Notes under the pieces: generated by a model
What the model was told of the DNA's origin: nothing
What the model saw: only the letters and a program-made list of their open reading frames with translations
Databases searched by the model: none
Translations under genes and position numbers: made by a program
Part shown: positions 1-9,698 of the stretch, one piece after another
Layout: the number at the start of each line of letters is the position of its first letter
Position numbering within the stretch: the stretch's first letter is position 1
Assembly: GCA_036676395.1 (NCBI GenBank)
Contig: JAKFCY010000002.1
Coordinates: forward strand, 2,649,132-2,713,131
Length of the DNA: 64,000 bases
Origin: Bdellovibrio sp.
GTDB lineage: Bacteria > Bdellovibrionota > Bdellovibrionia > Bdellovibrionales > Bdellovibrionaceae
Direction: 5' to 3'

Positions 1-269
1 GATTCTTTGCTTGAAGTACGGTCAGAGAAAATGAATTCATCAGACTCACTGATGGTTTCATAGAACTCTTCTAACACGCGTTTAGTCACGTTCACTGGAA
101 CAATTTTAAATTTAGTCATTAAATGGATTAATTTTCTGATATCAGCATCATCCATTTTTTTAAATAGAATACGAATAGCATCTTGGCCTAAGTAGTTCAC
201 CAGGATGGCCGCTTTATCAATACCGCGTAGAGTGTCATAATCTAAATTTTCATATTTCGACATTTTCAT
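1..269 (-). CDS. fliG: Flagellar motor switch protein FliG, N-terminal part (runs off the window start)
   Basis: Manual translation from ATG at 269: MKMSKYENLDYDTLRGIDKAAILVNYLGQDAIRILFKKMDDADIRKL. The KAAIL..LG motif is the FliG N-terminus; gene lies directly after fliF. Confidence 0.9.
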   Translation of the reverse strand, partial: MKMSKYENLDYDTLRGIDKAAILVNYLGQDAIRILFKKMDDADIRKLIHLMTKFKIVPVNVTKRVLEEFYETISESDEFIFSDRTSSKE

Positions 270-272
270 AGA

Positions 273-1922
273 TTATTCCTTTCTAGAGACCCACATGTTG
301 ATAGCACTTGCTGCTTTTTCTTCATCTTTGGTCACTAGATTCATAATACGGTCTTTTAATAATTCAGATTCAGCTTTATCCGGATCAACCGAGTCTTGTA
401 ACATTGGTAAGACTCCACCTAAACCAGGTAATGTATTATCAACGGCTTGTAGTTCTTCTAATTCTTCAATCGTGCGCGGTAACATATCTTCAACAGAATC
501 TGTGAATGAATCTGTAACCCATTGCATGAATGGACGAACCACTAAGAAGAAGAAAAGCATTAATGCAAAACCTAACAAACCCCATTTAAATAAAGACTGA
601 ATAAGTTTTTTCTTTTCTAAGCTAGTAAGCAATGTTTCGCTCTCGTTAAAGTCTTCAACTTGAAATTGAATTGATTCAATCTTAACACTGTCTCCGCGGG
701 CTCCGACAAAACCAATCGCACTTTTTACTAATGATTCATATTTTGCGATCTCTTCAGGAGTTCTTGCATCCCATTTTGTAACTGGTTTACCATCTGCTCC
801 AACAGTTGTTGTAGCTACACCATCGACTAAAACGGCAACGCTGATTTTTTCAACCGCACCGGCAGCTTCACGCACGTTACGAATAGTTTTTGGCACTTCG
901 TAAGTCACAGTTTTCAATTCTTTGCGAACATCTTGTTTAAAACCAACACTGCCTTGGTTGTCTTCAGATCCCGGCACATTCGCACGCGATCCCGGAACAC
1001 CCGTTGGATTTGTGCGTGACCCGTCTAATGACTCTTCATTCGTTGTCATACTGCGAGTGGCTGTTTTATCCGGATCAATAATTTCTTCAACCGAAGAAAC
1101 AACTCTGTGGTTAATTGTCGCATCAACTTTAGTTACGATGCGGCCTGCTCCAACAACTTTTGATAAGATAGAATCAATTCTTTCTTCTAAAGCTTTTTCA
1201 ACTTGCGATTTAAGCTCCATAATTTCATTTGAAGCGCCTAATGCGCCATCAGATTTTTTAGATAACATACGACCGTGTTCATCTAACACAGTTACTTTTT
1301 CTGGATCCATGCCTTCAACTGCATTCGCGATTAAATAACGAATACCGCGAACTTGTTCAGGTGATAATTGTTTTCCTGAATTAAGAGCTACAACTACCGA
1401 AGCTGACGGCGGAGTTGATTCATCCATCATTGTTTTCTTCTGTGGTAACGCTAAAATCACTTTTGACTGCTTAACCGCAGTCAACGTGTTAATCGCACGC
1501 ATTAATTCGCCCTGAAGAGCTCTTTGGTAATTAATTTTTTGCGAATACGTATTAGCTCCGAAATTTTCTTTTTCAAAAATCTCTAAGCCAATGCTACCCA
1601 TATTGGTAGAGCCTACTTCAGTTGATAATTGCATTAATGTCGCATGCAAAAATTCTTTAGGTACCGTGATTGTAGAACCATCTTCCATTACACGGTACGG
1701 AATCTGTTTTGCATTTAATTTTCCAATGATTATGGGAACTTGATCTGCGGCTACGTTTTTAAATAAAACTTCGTAGTCTTTTCCTGAAGCCATAAAGAAA
1801 ACAAAACCAATCGCCATTACAACGATTAATCCTGAAGCAACAAAGGCCATACGCTTGGTTGGCCCAAGCGACTTATAGAATTCATTCAACTGGGCAATTA
1901 GCCCACCAAACAACTTAGTCAC
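273..1922 (-). CDS. fliF: Flagellar M-ring protein FliF
   Basis: 549 aa, two TM segments, YQRALQGELMRAI and PPSASVVV motifs; lies between fliE and fliG. Confidence 0.97.
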   Translation of the reverse strand: MTKLFGGLIAQLNEFYKSLGPTKRMAFVASGLIVVMAIGFVFFMASGKDYEVLFKNVAADQVPIIIGKLNAKQIPYRVMEDGSTITVPKEFLHATLMQLSTEVGSTNMGSIGLEIFEKENFGANTYSQKINYQRALQGELMRAINTLTAVKQSKVILALPQKKTMMDESTPPSASVVVALNSGKQLSPEQVRGIRYLIANAVEGMDPEKVTVLDEHGRMLSKKSDGALGASNEIMELKSQVEKALEERIDSILSKVVGAGRIVTKVDATINHRVVSSVEEIIDPDKTATRSMTTNEESLDGSRTNPTGVPGSRANVPGSEDNQGSVGFKQDVRKELKTVTYEVPKTIRNVREAAGAVEKISVAVLVDGVATTTVGADGKPVTKWDARTPEEIAKYESLVKSAIGFVGARGDSVKIESIQFQVEDFNESETLLTSLEKKKLIQSLFKWGLLGFALMLFFFLVVRPFMQWVTDSFTDSVEDMLPRTIEELEELQAVDNTLPGLGGVLPMLQDSVDPDKAESELLKDRIMNLVTKDEEKAASAINMWVSRKE

Positions 1923-1923
1923 A

Positions 1924-2250
1924 TTATACCTGCATTCTCATGATTTCTTGGTAAGCATCGATAATTTTATTTCTGACTTGAACCATCGTACGTAATGCGA
2001 TGTCAGCTTTCTCTGCTGATAACATAACGCCAGCGATATCATCTGTTTTGCCAGTCGCAAGCTCTTGCATCTTAACATCAGATTCTTTTTGTACTTCATT
2101 CACTTTGCCAATGGCTTCAGTCAATGTTTCAGAAAAAGTTTTTCCTGCTTCGTTTGTTTGTGCTGCTTTATTTAAATCTGCAAGAGAACCAGCAGTTGTA
2201 CCGCCAGCTTCAACAAATCTATTCGCATTTGAGATATTTAAACCATCCAT
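1924..2250 (-). CDS. fliE: Flagellar hook-basal body protein FliE
   Basis: C-terminal VQVRNKIIDAYQEIMRMQV signature. Start moved to ATG 2250, which has a GGGAG RBS upstream. Confidence 0.95.
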   Translation of the reverse strand: MDGLNISNANRFVEAGGTTAGSLADLNKAAQTNEAGKTFSETLTEAIGKVNEVQKESDVKMQELATGKTDDIAGVMLSAEKADIALRTMVQVRNKIIDAYQEIMRMQV

Positions 2251-2332
2251 GGTTACTCCCAATTTCTTAGGCCTACGCGGCCCGGCCTTGTCGGCCACGT
2301 CCCGGCAATAATTGCTGGGCGTGTTACATTAA

Positions 2333-2776
2333 TTATCTACCAATTTCCAATGCACTTAAAGCCATATCTTTAGTTGCCTGCACAGCCTGTACGTTAGCCT
2401 CGTACGACCGTGTAGCTTGTATCATGTTAGTCATTTCTTCCATCAAGTTGATATTCGGGTAAGCGACGAATCCATCTTCGTTCGCGTCTGCGTGTCCAGG
2501 CTCGTATTTCATGATAGGACCGCGTTTATCGTAGATGACATCAGTCACCTGGACCCGGTTTAAATCTTTTGTCGGATCATTAACCCCAACGATATCACCA
2601 AACGTCTTACCGTCTGGCATTGCCTCGAAAACCACGTCTTTACGGCGGTACGGGCCACCTTCTGGAGTTTTTGTCGTATTAATGTTGGCAATATTTGAAG
2701 AAATAGTATTCATGCGCGTGCGTTGCGCTGCCATACCACTTCCGCTAATTCTAAAGCCCGATAAAAAATCTGACAT
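2333..2776 (-). CDS. flgC: Flagellar basal-body rod protein FlgC
   Basis: ISSNIANINTT, GGPYRRK, YEPGHADA..GFVAYPNIN and RSYEAN motifs. Confidence 0.97.
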   Translation of the reverse strand: MSDFLSGFRISGSGMAAQRTRMNTISSNIANINTTKTPEGGPYRRKDVVFEAMPDGKTFGDIVGVNDPTKDLNRVQVTDVIYDKRGPIMKYEPGHADANEDGFVAYPNINLMEEMTNMIQATRSYEANVQAVQATKDMALSALEIGR

Positions 2777-2778
2777 AA

Positions 2779-3147
2779 CTATCTACCTTCGCTAATTGCG
2801 TATCTTAGCGCCGCCATTTTTTTGTTAATTAATTGTAATGCTGACTTATACAAAATCGAGTTTTCTGCCAACGCTGACATTTCTTTTTCCATATCGACAC
2901 TGTTGCCATCGTTGTTCACAGCGGCTTCAGGGTTATCGAAAACTTCTGCATTCACAGGCAAACCACCTTCAGCCGTACCACCAATTTCTAAAGATCTTGC
3001 CAAGGCCTCTTCAAATTCAACTTTTTGCGCTTTGTAACCAGGCGTTTCGTGATTGGCAATATTACTTGCTGTCACATTGTGCTTGATTTGGCGCATGCGG
3101 ATCGAAGTTGCAAGAGCATCTGTTGTTTTGTCGAACAAATTACTCAT
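2779..3147 (-). CDS. flgB: Flagellar basal-body rod protein FlgB
   Basis: ASNIANHETPGYKA and DGNSVDMEKEM motifs; directly upstream of flgC. Confidence 0.96.
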   Translation of the reverse strand: MSNLFDKTTDALATSIRMRQIKHNVTASNIANHETPGYKAQKVEFEEALARSLEIGGTAEGGLPVNAEVFDNPEAAVNNDGNSVDMEKEMSALAENSILYKSALQLINKKMAALRYAISEGR

Positions 3148-3845
3148 AGGTAACCCTCCTGGCGGTATTGGTTGAGTTTATTTCTTAAGGTACGAATAGA
3201 AATTCCAAGAATCTCGGCAGCTTTTGTTCTATTTTGCTGGGCGAAAAATAATGTTTGCAAAATGTACTGGCGCTCGACGTTTTCTAATTTTAAACCTAAT
3301 GAAAAAGACAAGTCGCGGTTAGATTCTTCTAATTTAAGATCTTCTGGCTCGATCACATTTTTTTCACAAACTTGCACGGCCTGCTCTAAAGCACGCTCTA
3401 GTTCAGGAAATTCGCCAGGCCATCTGTAAGCCAGAATTTTTTCTTTAGCTTTTTCAGAAATTAAAATTCTGCCTGAACCATTCATTAAAGCATGCACTTG
3501 AATATGAAATTCAGCTAAAGCAATTAAATCATCTTTTCGTTCAACCAATGACGGCATCTGAATTACAAAAATGTCGTCATCAGTTTTTACATCATCCATA
3601 TCAAGGCAAATATAAATTTTGTGATCTTCGATAATTGAAAGCTCGCTTAATTCTACGATTTCAAATTGCGAAAGCTTAAAATTAAGTTTTTGCAAATGCA
3701 GAGCTAAGGTTTTACGTCCAGAGCCTTTAGCTCCTTTGATCACTACGGTTTTATAATCACCGATTGATGGGTTACCAAGTTTTTGCACTATGTTGACCAT
3801 GACTTGTGAACTGCAGTTCACTGAATTAAACTCTGCAAAACTCAT
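3144..3845 (-). CDS. Truncated/degenerate sigma54-activator-like protein with C-terminal Fis-type HTH
   Basis: Walker-A-like GAKGSGRKT, PSLVERKDDL, YRWPG and HTH NRTKAAEILGISIRTLRNKL. No GAFTGA loop and no recognisable Walker B. Confidence 0.75.
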   Translation of the reverse strand: MSFAEFNSVNCSSQVMVNIVQKLGNPSIGDYKTVVIKGAKGSGRKTLALHLQKLNFKLSQFEIVELSELSIIEDHKIYICLDMDDVKTDDDIFVIQMPSLVERKDDLIALAEFHIQVHALMNGSGRILISEKAKEKILAYRWPGEFPELERALEQAVQVCEKNVIEPEDLKLEESNRDLSFSLGLKLENVERQYILQTLFFAQQNRTKAAEILGISIRTLRNKLNQYRQEGYL

Positions 3846-6685
3846 TTTGCGTCCTCCGCTTTTTCAGACTTTGACATTGCCGGTATACGTTTTAAATACT
3901 TTTTATTTTCTTCGCTCCAGTTAGAATCACGCATTTTGTTTTGCGCAAGCTGACTCCAGAACGACGCCTCGTTGCCTTTTAATTCGCTCCATACATTTTC
4001 AGCTTTTTTTAATTCACCCTGATTGAAATGCAATTCACCTAATTTATATCTGTAAGATGAAAGACTTTCTTTGCTTTCAAAATTCGTCAAAAGATTAGAA
4101 ATAGTTTTAATCGCCAAGTCTGATTTTTTTTCGCTGATAGCTAAGTCAGATAGTTTTTTATAGGCTTCTAATTTATATTTATCTGAAACTTTGCTTTTTA
4201 AAAGTTCAGATAAATTATCGATCGCTAATTCTGGCTGCTTACGTTTGACTTCTAAATCCGCTAAATGAAGTACGCTTGGTGCTAACAATTCAGCTTTATC
4301 TTTCCAAACTTTAGTTAGCTCAGATAAATATCTAACAGCCGCATTAAGCTCGCCTTTTTTCTCGTATAATAAAGCCGTGTAATGAACGCGGTTAATCTGA
4401 TCTTGCTCTGTTAAGACATCAGGATTTTTTATCGATTGCATTTTTTCGTAAGCTTCTTGATAACGGTTTTCTTCAAACAAACATTGGGCTTGCATTAAAT
4501 TAATCACATCTTCTGTCGGAATATCCTGATTAGCGCGAATCGCATTTGAAATAGTATCGTCTTTTAGTAAACTGATTTGTTTACGTAATTTATCGTATTG
4601 TTTTAAGGCTGTATTATAAGAACCTGCTGATTGATAAGCTTTCGCTACGTAAAAATTAGTATCAATGCGCGGTTGCGCTTTTAACCAAGTATCTGCGAAA
4701 CGTTTATAAGTTTTTAAAACATTTCTAAAGTCATCTTTTGCAGAGTACTCTTTCATCTGGTCGTTAATATTACGCATAATGCGTAATGTGACCTGAAATG
4801 AATCTGGTTTATTTGGCTCTTTTTGGTAAAAGTGCGTAAGAATTTCAATCGCTTTATCATACTCTTTACGACGGGCATAACCATCAGCAATCATCGTTGT
4901 CTTAAATTGTTGAATGTCTTCAAGCTGGCTTTGTTCAGCTAACTCATTCATTTTAGCAATGGTTTCTTTTACTTCCTGAGGTTTCATAACTTTCATGCGT
5001 GTACTTAACATATGTAAACGCGGAACAACTGTTTTAGGGTTATCACCGTAACGAAAATGCGTTTCTAAATATGCTCCAACAGATTTTGATTGATCAGCAC
5101 CTAAGATTTCTAATAATTCACCCACGCGAGTTAATGCATACGGAGCATAATCATGCGCAGGATAACGTTGTACGAATTCTAAAGCTTCTTTGTGAGAAAG
5201 CTCAGGCAATTTCAGGCGAAATAAAGCTTCCATGCGATTAAAGTGTGAATTCGGAAATAACTGCGAATGGTTTGGATACTTTTTAAAAGCGGTATTAAAA
5301 GCATCAACAGCTTCTGTGTATTTATTTTGATGAAAGAAAAAATCACCACGACGATATGCCGCTTCGGCGCGGGTCATTTCATTTTTAGTTGTTTTTTCAA
5401 CGTCATCTAAAAGATCCAAGCCGTCTTGTAATTTATTGGCACTGAGCATAGCTAAAGCTAATCCAAGTTTTGCGTACTCTTGTGACGGACGACCTTTATA
5501 TGCAGGATTTTCAACATGCGTACTTAATTTTCTTACTGCAGTTAAATAATCTTTTTTATCCAGATTTAGAAAACCTAATAATAAAGAAGTACGTTCATTT
5601 AATTTTGATTCCGGAAACCGAGACATTGCTTTTGCATAGAACTGCATTCCATCATCAAAATATTTTGCTTCGCCCGTTTCACGCCATGTTTGCATGTGTG
5701 AATCACCGTTCATGTAATAAATTTGTTCTAAATATTGTGAATTTTTAAATTTCTTTTCAAACCAATCAGAAGTCTTTTTAAGAACTAGTGTTCTTTTACG
5801 CTCATACAGCAATTTTAAAAGTCGAGCTTGTTTATTTTCTTCTGTATCTGCCTGCTGAATTTCATACTGTGGAGGGTTGTTTTTCATCGCTGTCCAGAAA
5901 TTCATTTCATGGCTTAACATCGGGAAGCGTAAATAGTAGTTAGCCAAACCTTTAATGATCGCATTTTTCTTGATTTCGATTTCTTTAATTTTAAAGCGGT
6001 GAAACTTTTCATCGCCCCCATCAAATAAGCCTGATTTAAGATCAATCTCTTGCTGGACAAACGTTAAAATGCCGTTTTCTTCTTCGATTTTTAAACCATC
6101 AACATCGGCCGGGTATCTTGAAGGACTTTGATGTTTTTTATCAGTGGCCACTTTTCCTGTATTACTACGCGCTTTTTTAGCTTTCGATGATTTTTTAATA
6201 GGCTTACCAAAATCATCTAAAGTCGCTTCTTCGCCGTAAGGAACTACCTCGCCGTTACCATTGGCTTGCGGGGCTTTAACGCGCTCTTCATTTTTATAGA
6301 AATCGACAACTAACTTTGAAGGTTGATCAGTTAAGTAGTCAAAGGCATCCATTGAATCATTGGCTAAAATAAATTCGATAACCGTAAAACCATCAACGGC
6401 TTTCGGCAAAACCTTAATCTCTTTTACAAACGGATTTTGAATTGTTTTTAAATTACGTGTTGAACTTTCATCAAGACCTTTGACCTGTAACTGCACTTTC
6501 ACAGTTTTACCGTCTTGCACGCGCTTCAAATCATAATCCCAATTTTTTTGGCCACTGACTTCAAAATTCAAAGTATCACCCTGAACTCGAAGGTTAGTTT
6601 GCATATTGCCAGCCCAAGACTTAGGTAATGAAATTCCTAAGATGATTATCGTCGCGGTAGTAAGTTTTAGAAAATGCTTTTTCAT
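3842..6685 (-). CDS. Large exported tetratricopeptide-repeat protein heading the flagellar operon
   Basis: Signal peptide; many TPR-like helical repeats (e.g. AAYRRGDFFFHQNKYTEAVDAF, YKLGELHFNQGELKKA); ATGA overlap with the next gene. Confidence 0.8.
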   Translation of the reverse strand: MKKHFLKLTTATIIILGISLPKSWAGNMQTNLRVQGDTLNFEVSGQKNWDYDLKRVQDGKTVKVQLQVKGLDESSTRNLKTIQNPFVKEIKVLPKAVDGFTVIEFILANDSMDAFDYLTDQPSKLVVDFYKNEERVKAPQANGNGEVVPYGEEATLDDFGKPIKKSSKAKKARSNTGKVATDKKHQSPSRYPADVDGLKIEEENGILTFVQQEIDLKSGLFDGGDEKFHRFKIKEIEIKKNAIIKGLANYYLRFPMLSHEMNFWTAMKNNPPQYEIQQADTEENKQARLLKLLYERKRTLVLKKTSDWFEKKFKNSQYLEQIYYMNGDSHMQTWRETGEAKYFDDGMQFYAKAMSRFPESKLNERTSLLLGFLNLDKKDYLTAVRKLSTHVENPAYKGRPSQEYAKLGLALAMLSANKLQDGLDLLDDVEKTTKNEMTRAEAAYRRGDFFFHQNKYTEAVDAFNTAFKKYPNHSQLFPNSHFNRMEALFRLKLPELSHKEALEFVQRYPAHDYAPYALTRVGELLEILGADQSKSVGAYLETHFRYGDNPKTVVPRLHMLSTRMKVMKPQEVKETIAKMNELAEQSQLEDIQQFKTTMIADGYARRKEYDKAIEILTHFYQKEPNKPDSFQVTLRIMRNINDQMKEYSAKDDFRNVLKTYKRFADTWLKAQPRIDTNFYVAKAYQSAGSYNTALKQYDKLRKQISLLKDDTISNAIRANQDIPTEDVINLMQAQCLFEENRYQEAYEKMQSIKNPDVLTEQDQINRVHYTALLYEKKGELNAAVRYLSELTKVWKDKAELLAPSVLHLADLEVKRKQPELAIDNLSELLKSKVSDKYKLEAYKKLSDLAISEKKSDLAIKTISNLLTNFESKESLSSYRYKLGELHFNQGELKKAENVWSELKGNEASFWSQLAQNKMRDSNWSEENKKYLKRIPAMSKSEKAEDAK

Positions 6686-6699
6686 CAACTATTGAACAA

Positions 6700-6715
6700 A
6701 GCATTTCAAGTGCCA
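6700..6715 (-). promoter_or_regulatory. sigma54 (RpoN) -24/-12 promoter
   Basis: Minus strand reads TGGCACTTGAAATGCT, an exact GG-N10-GC with TGGCAC, immediately upstream of the flagellar operon. Confidence 0.75.
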
Positions 6716-6796
6716 TGCTGTTGCGCCCGCGGTTAGCGGTTTAATTTCAGGCTAGGCAAAAATAACCATGTTTTTTGGCGAACACCGACAATTCCA

Positions 6797-6811
6797 TGAC
6801 GTTCATGTCAA
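6797..6811. promoter_or_regulatory. Candidate upstream activator site TGAC-N6-GTCA
   Basis: TGACgttcatGTCAA lies about 110-120 bp upstream of the predicted sigma54 start site; same geometry as the palindrome at 25343-25364. Confidence 0.4.
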
Positions 6812-6893
6812 CCGATCACTAGCGCTTTCGACTCGGGGCTCGACTAGACCTTCAAGCTAGACGCAGGAGCTTTTGCTCTTTATAATTTTGTCA

Positions 6894-7388
6894 ATGAACG
6901 TCTTTTCTAAATTGTTTTTATCATTCGCTATTTTACTATTAATTCCTGGATGTATATCTAATATTTTTAAGGAACCAAAACCGACATTTTCCAAAGATGT
7001 TGTTATGCCTGAATTTAATTCTGACTTTAACCAGTTACGCGACAATGTGTATCCAGCCTGGAAAAGCAAAACCACGGGCAATGTGATTTCTATGGTATCT
7101 GACTGTAATGACGGTAATTTTAATTTAAAATCAATTCACGGTTTAATGAGTGATTCATTAGATAATGTTAAAGTGGTCGAAGAAAAAAACGCGACACTAA
7201 ATGCACGTAAGTCTTATTTTAAAAAAGTGCGTGGCGAAATTGACGGTAAAGCGATCGAGATTCAATCTTACTCTGTGCAACATTTAAAATGCACTTACGT
7301 TACATCATTAGCCGGAAGCCCGCAAAAAATTGAACAAAATCAGAATGACTTCAAAAGTTTTCTGCAAAAGATTGATTTTAAAAAATGA
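6894..7388 (+). CDS. Lipoprotein of unknown function, first gene of the mla-like operon
   Basis: Signal peptide with lipobox IPGC; ATGA overlap with mlaE. Confidence 0.7.
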   Translation: MNVFSKLFLSFAILLLIPGCISNIFKEPKPTFSKDVVMPEFNSDFNQLRDNVYPAWKSKTTGNVISMVSDCNDGNFNLKSIHGLMSDSLDNVKVVEEKNATLNARKSYFKKVRGEIDGKAIEIQSYSVQHLKCTYVTSLAGSPQKIEQNQNDFKSFLQKIDFKK

Positions 7389-8182
7389 GTGCACCCGTAG
7401 ATTTTCCTGCAATGATCACCGAAAAAGTTAAAGAACCACTAGAGTTCTTAGGCGGCGTGGCCTTGTTGACAAAAGATACGCTCAAAGAACTTCGCACACG
7501 CCCGTTTTACGGGTCATTACTGGTCGATCAAATATATTTAGTCGGGGTTAAATCTTTACCGTTAGTTCTGATCACAGCTCTATCAACAGGCATGGTGATG
7601 GCGCTTCAGTACGGGCTTGGTTTAGAAAAATTTGGCGGCAAACCTTACGTTCCCCGTCTGGTGGCTTCGACAATTTTACGCGAAATGGGTCCGGTATTTA
7701 CCAGTCTTATGTTGGCAGCTCGCGTAGGCGCCGGTATGGCCAGTGAAATTGGCTCAATGGTAGTCACCCAACAAATCGATGCGATTCGCGCTTTAGGCAC
7801 TTCGCCGATTAAAAAAATCGTAATTCCAAGAGTGCTTGCCTGTTTAATTGTGCTTCCGCTCTTAGTCAGCATCGCTAATCTAGTTGGTAATTTCGGTGGT
7901 TTAGTGGTGGGTTCGACTGAACTTAACCTAGATACACAGTTTTACTTTCGCCGTGTTTTAGAAACTTCAAATTTAAAAGATTATATCGCGGGCTTTGGTA
8001 AGACATTTTTCTTTGCTTTATTTATCGCACTCCCATCTTGTTATTTTGGTCTAAATGTAAAAAATGGAACCAAAGAAGTGGGCATCGCGACGACTAAGGC
8101 CGTGGTGACAGCTTCACTGTTAATTTTAGTTGGTGATTTTTTTCTGGCAAAAATATTTTGGGTGATTGAACAATGGCTTTAA
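7385..8182 (+). CDS. mlaE: MlaE-family ABC permease
   Basis: REMGPVFTSLMLAARVGAGMASEIGSMVVTQQIDAIRALG signature. Confidence 0.95.
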   Translation: MSAPVDFPAMITEKVKEPLEFLGGVALLTKDTLKELRTRPFYGSLLVDQIYLVGVKSLPLVLITALSTGMVMALQYGLGLEKFGGKPYVPRLVASTILREMGPVFTSLMLAARVGAGMASEIGSMVVTQQIDAIRALGTSPIKKIVIPRVLACLIVLPLLVSIANLVGNFGGLVVGSTELNLDTQFYFRRVLETSNLKDYIAGFGKTFFFALFIALPSCYFGLNVKNGTKEVGIATTKAVVTASLLILVGDFFLAKIFWVIEQWL

Positions 8183-8904
8183 TCGAAATTGTTAATTTTA
8201 AAAAAGCATTCGGTACTAAAATCATTCACGAAAATGTCAGTTTTTATGTTAAAAAAGGTGAATGTCTTGGTTTAGTTGGCGGTTCAGGAGCTGGCAAGTC
8301 AGTGATTCTTCGTAGTCTGATCGGCTTAGAAAAACCTGATTCAGGGCAAATCCTAATCAACGGTGTAGATATCGTTCCATTAAATGAACAAGAACTTATT
8401 CCCGTCAGAAAACAAGTGGCTTACGCCTTTCAGGGCGGAGCACTTTTTGATTCGATGACTGTCTATGAAAATTTAGCCTATCCGCTGCGAGCCCATACCG
8501 AACTGGTCGAAACTGAAATTGCTGAAAAAATTCATCATCAATTGGCTGAATTTGGCTTAGAAAAATCGATTCATCTTTATCCAGGTGAACTTTCTGGCGG
8601 TATGCAAAAACGTATTGGATTAGCACGTGCCGTGATTATGCAGCCTGAAATTATTCTCTATGATGAACCAACAGCAGGCTTAGATCCCTATAACACTCGA
8701 AAGATCCAGGAGTTAATTCTGCGTTTAAAAGCTACTGGTGTAACGGCCATTTTAGTAACTCATGATATTCCAACAGCAATGGCAGTTTGTGATAAATTCG
8801 CATTTCTAAAAGACAAAGTGATCGCCGAACAAGGCACCATTGATCAATTATTAAGTCGCGACAACAGCCTGATTCAACAATTTATAGAAGGTAACATCTT
8901 ATGA
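8173..8904 (+). CDS. mlaF: MlaF-family ABC ATPase
   Basis: GGSGAGKS, FQGGALFDSMTV, LSGGMQKR and YDEPTAGLDP motifs; lies between mlaE and mlaD. Confidence 0.93.
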   Translation: MALIEIVNFKKAFGTKIIHENVSFYVKKGECLGLVGGSGAGKSVILRSLIGLEKPDSGQILINGVDIVPLNEQELIPVRKQVAYAFQGGALFDSMTVYENLAYPLRAHTELVETEIAEKIHHQLAEFGLEKSIHLYPGELSGGMQKRIGLARAVIMQPEIILYDEPTAGLDPYNTRKIQELILRLKATGVTAILVTHDIPTAMAVCDKFAFLKDKVIAEQGTIDQLLSRDNSLIQQFIEGNIL

Positions 8905-9665
8905 CAAAACTTAAAGTCGGTCTATTTTTAGCGTTGGGACTAATCGTTTTAGTAATTTCTGTATTCATGTTGGGTGCTAATAAATCTGTATTTCAAAACT
9001 CTTACAGTATTAGTACGTATTTTGACTCTGTTCAGGGATTAAATAACGGCGCGGTCGTTTCATTGGCAGGTGTAAAAATCGGTAACGTTGAATCGATTGA
9101 TTACGATGATGAAAAAAACCTGGTGCGCGTGATTTTTCTGATGGATGCGGCCTACGCGAAAAAAACAAAGTCAGATTCAATCGTTGAAATCAGAACTCAA
9201 GGTGCATTAGGTGATAAGTTTTTATATATCAAACCGGGTATTTCAGGAACTCCGCTGGAAAACCGCGGCGAACTAAAATCAGAATACGGCAATGATCTAT
9301 TAGCCGTGTTAAATAAGCGCGGCAACGAAAGTGAAAAACTATTTGATACAATTCACAACTTAAACCTGATCGTTAAAGGCCTAGCCGATCAAAACAAATT
9401 ACCAAGCTTGATCAACAAGTTAGATCAAGCTGCCGGAAACTTAAACGACTCATCAGTTAAAATCAAACAAGCCTTAGCCGGAAACCGCTTAGAACACTCA
9501 ATGACTAAAATGGATAACATCTTAGAAAAGATCGACAACGGCCAAGGCACATTGGGTGCTTTGATCAACGACAGATCTCTACACGATCGCCTAAAATCAA
9601 TCCTAGGCGCCGGCCAAAAACAACAAGCCGTCAAATCCATCATCAAATCCTCAGTCGACGAATAG
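8901..9665 (+). CDS. mlaD: MCE/MlaD-family protein with helical extension
   Basis: N-terminal TM, GLNNGAVVSLAGVKIGNV, TQGALGDKFL and GQGTLGALIND motifs. Confidence 0.92.
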   Translation: MTKLKVGLFLALGLIVLVISVFMLGANKSVFQNSYSISTYFDSVQGLNNGAVVSLAGVKIGNVESIDYDDEKNLVRVIFLMDAAYAKKTKSDSIVEIRTQGALGDKFLYIKPGISGTPLENRGELKSEYGNDLLAVLNKRGNESEKLFDTIHNLNLIVKGLADQNKLPSLINKLDQAAGNLNDSSVKIKQALAGNRLEHSMTKMDNILEKIDNGQGTLGALINDRSLHDRLKSILGAGQKQQAVKSIIKSSVDE

Positions 9666-9684
9666 CGTTTACCCCTCTATCTCA

Positions 9685-9698
9685 GGGGTATCGGTCAC
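9685..9698 (-). repeat. 14-bp motif copy 1 (GTGACCGATACCCC on the minus strand); contains the HUH gene stop codon
   Basis: Plus strand GGGGTATCGGTCAC; overlaps the hairpin TACCCCT-ctatctc-AGGGGTA (9670-9690). Confidence 0.85.
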
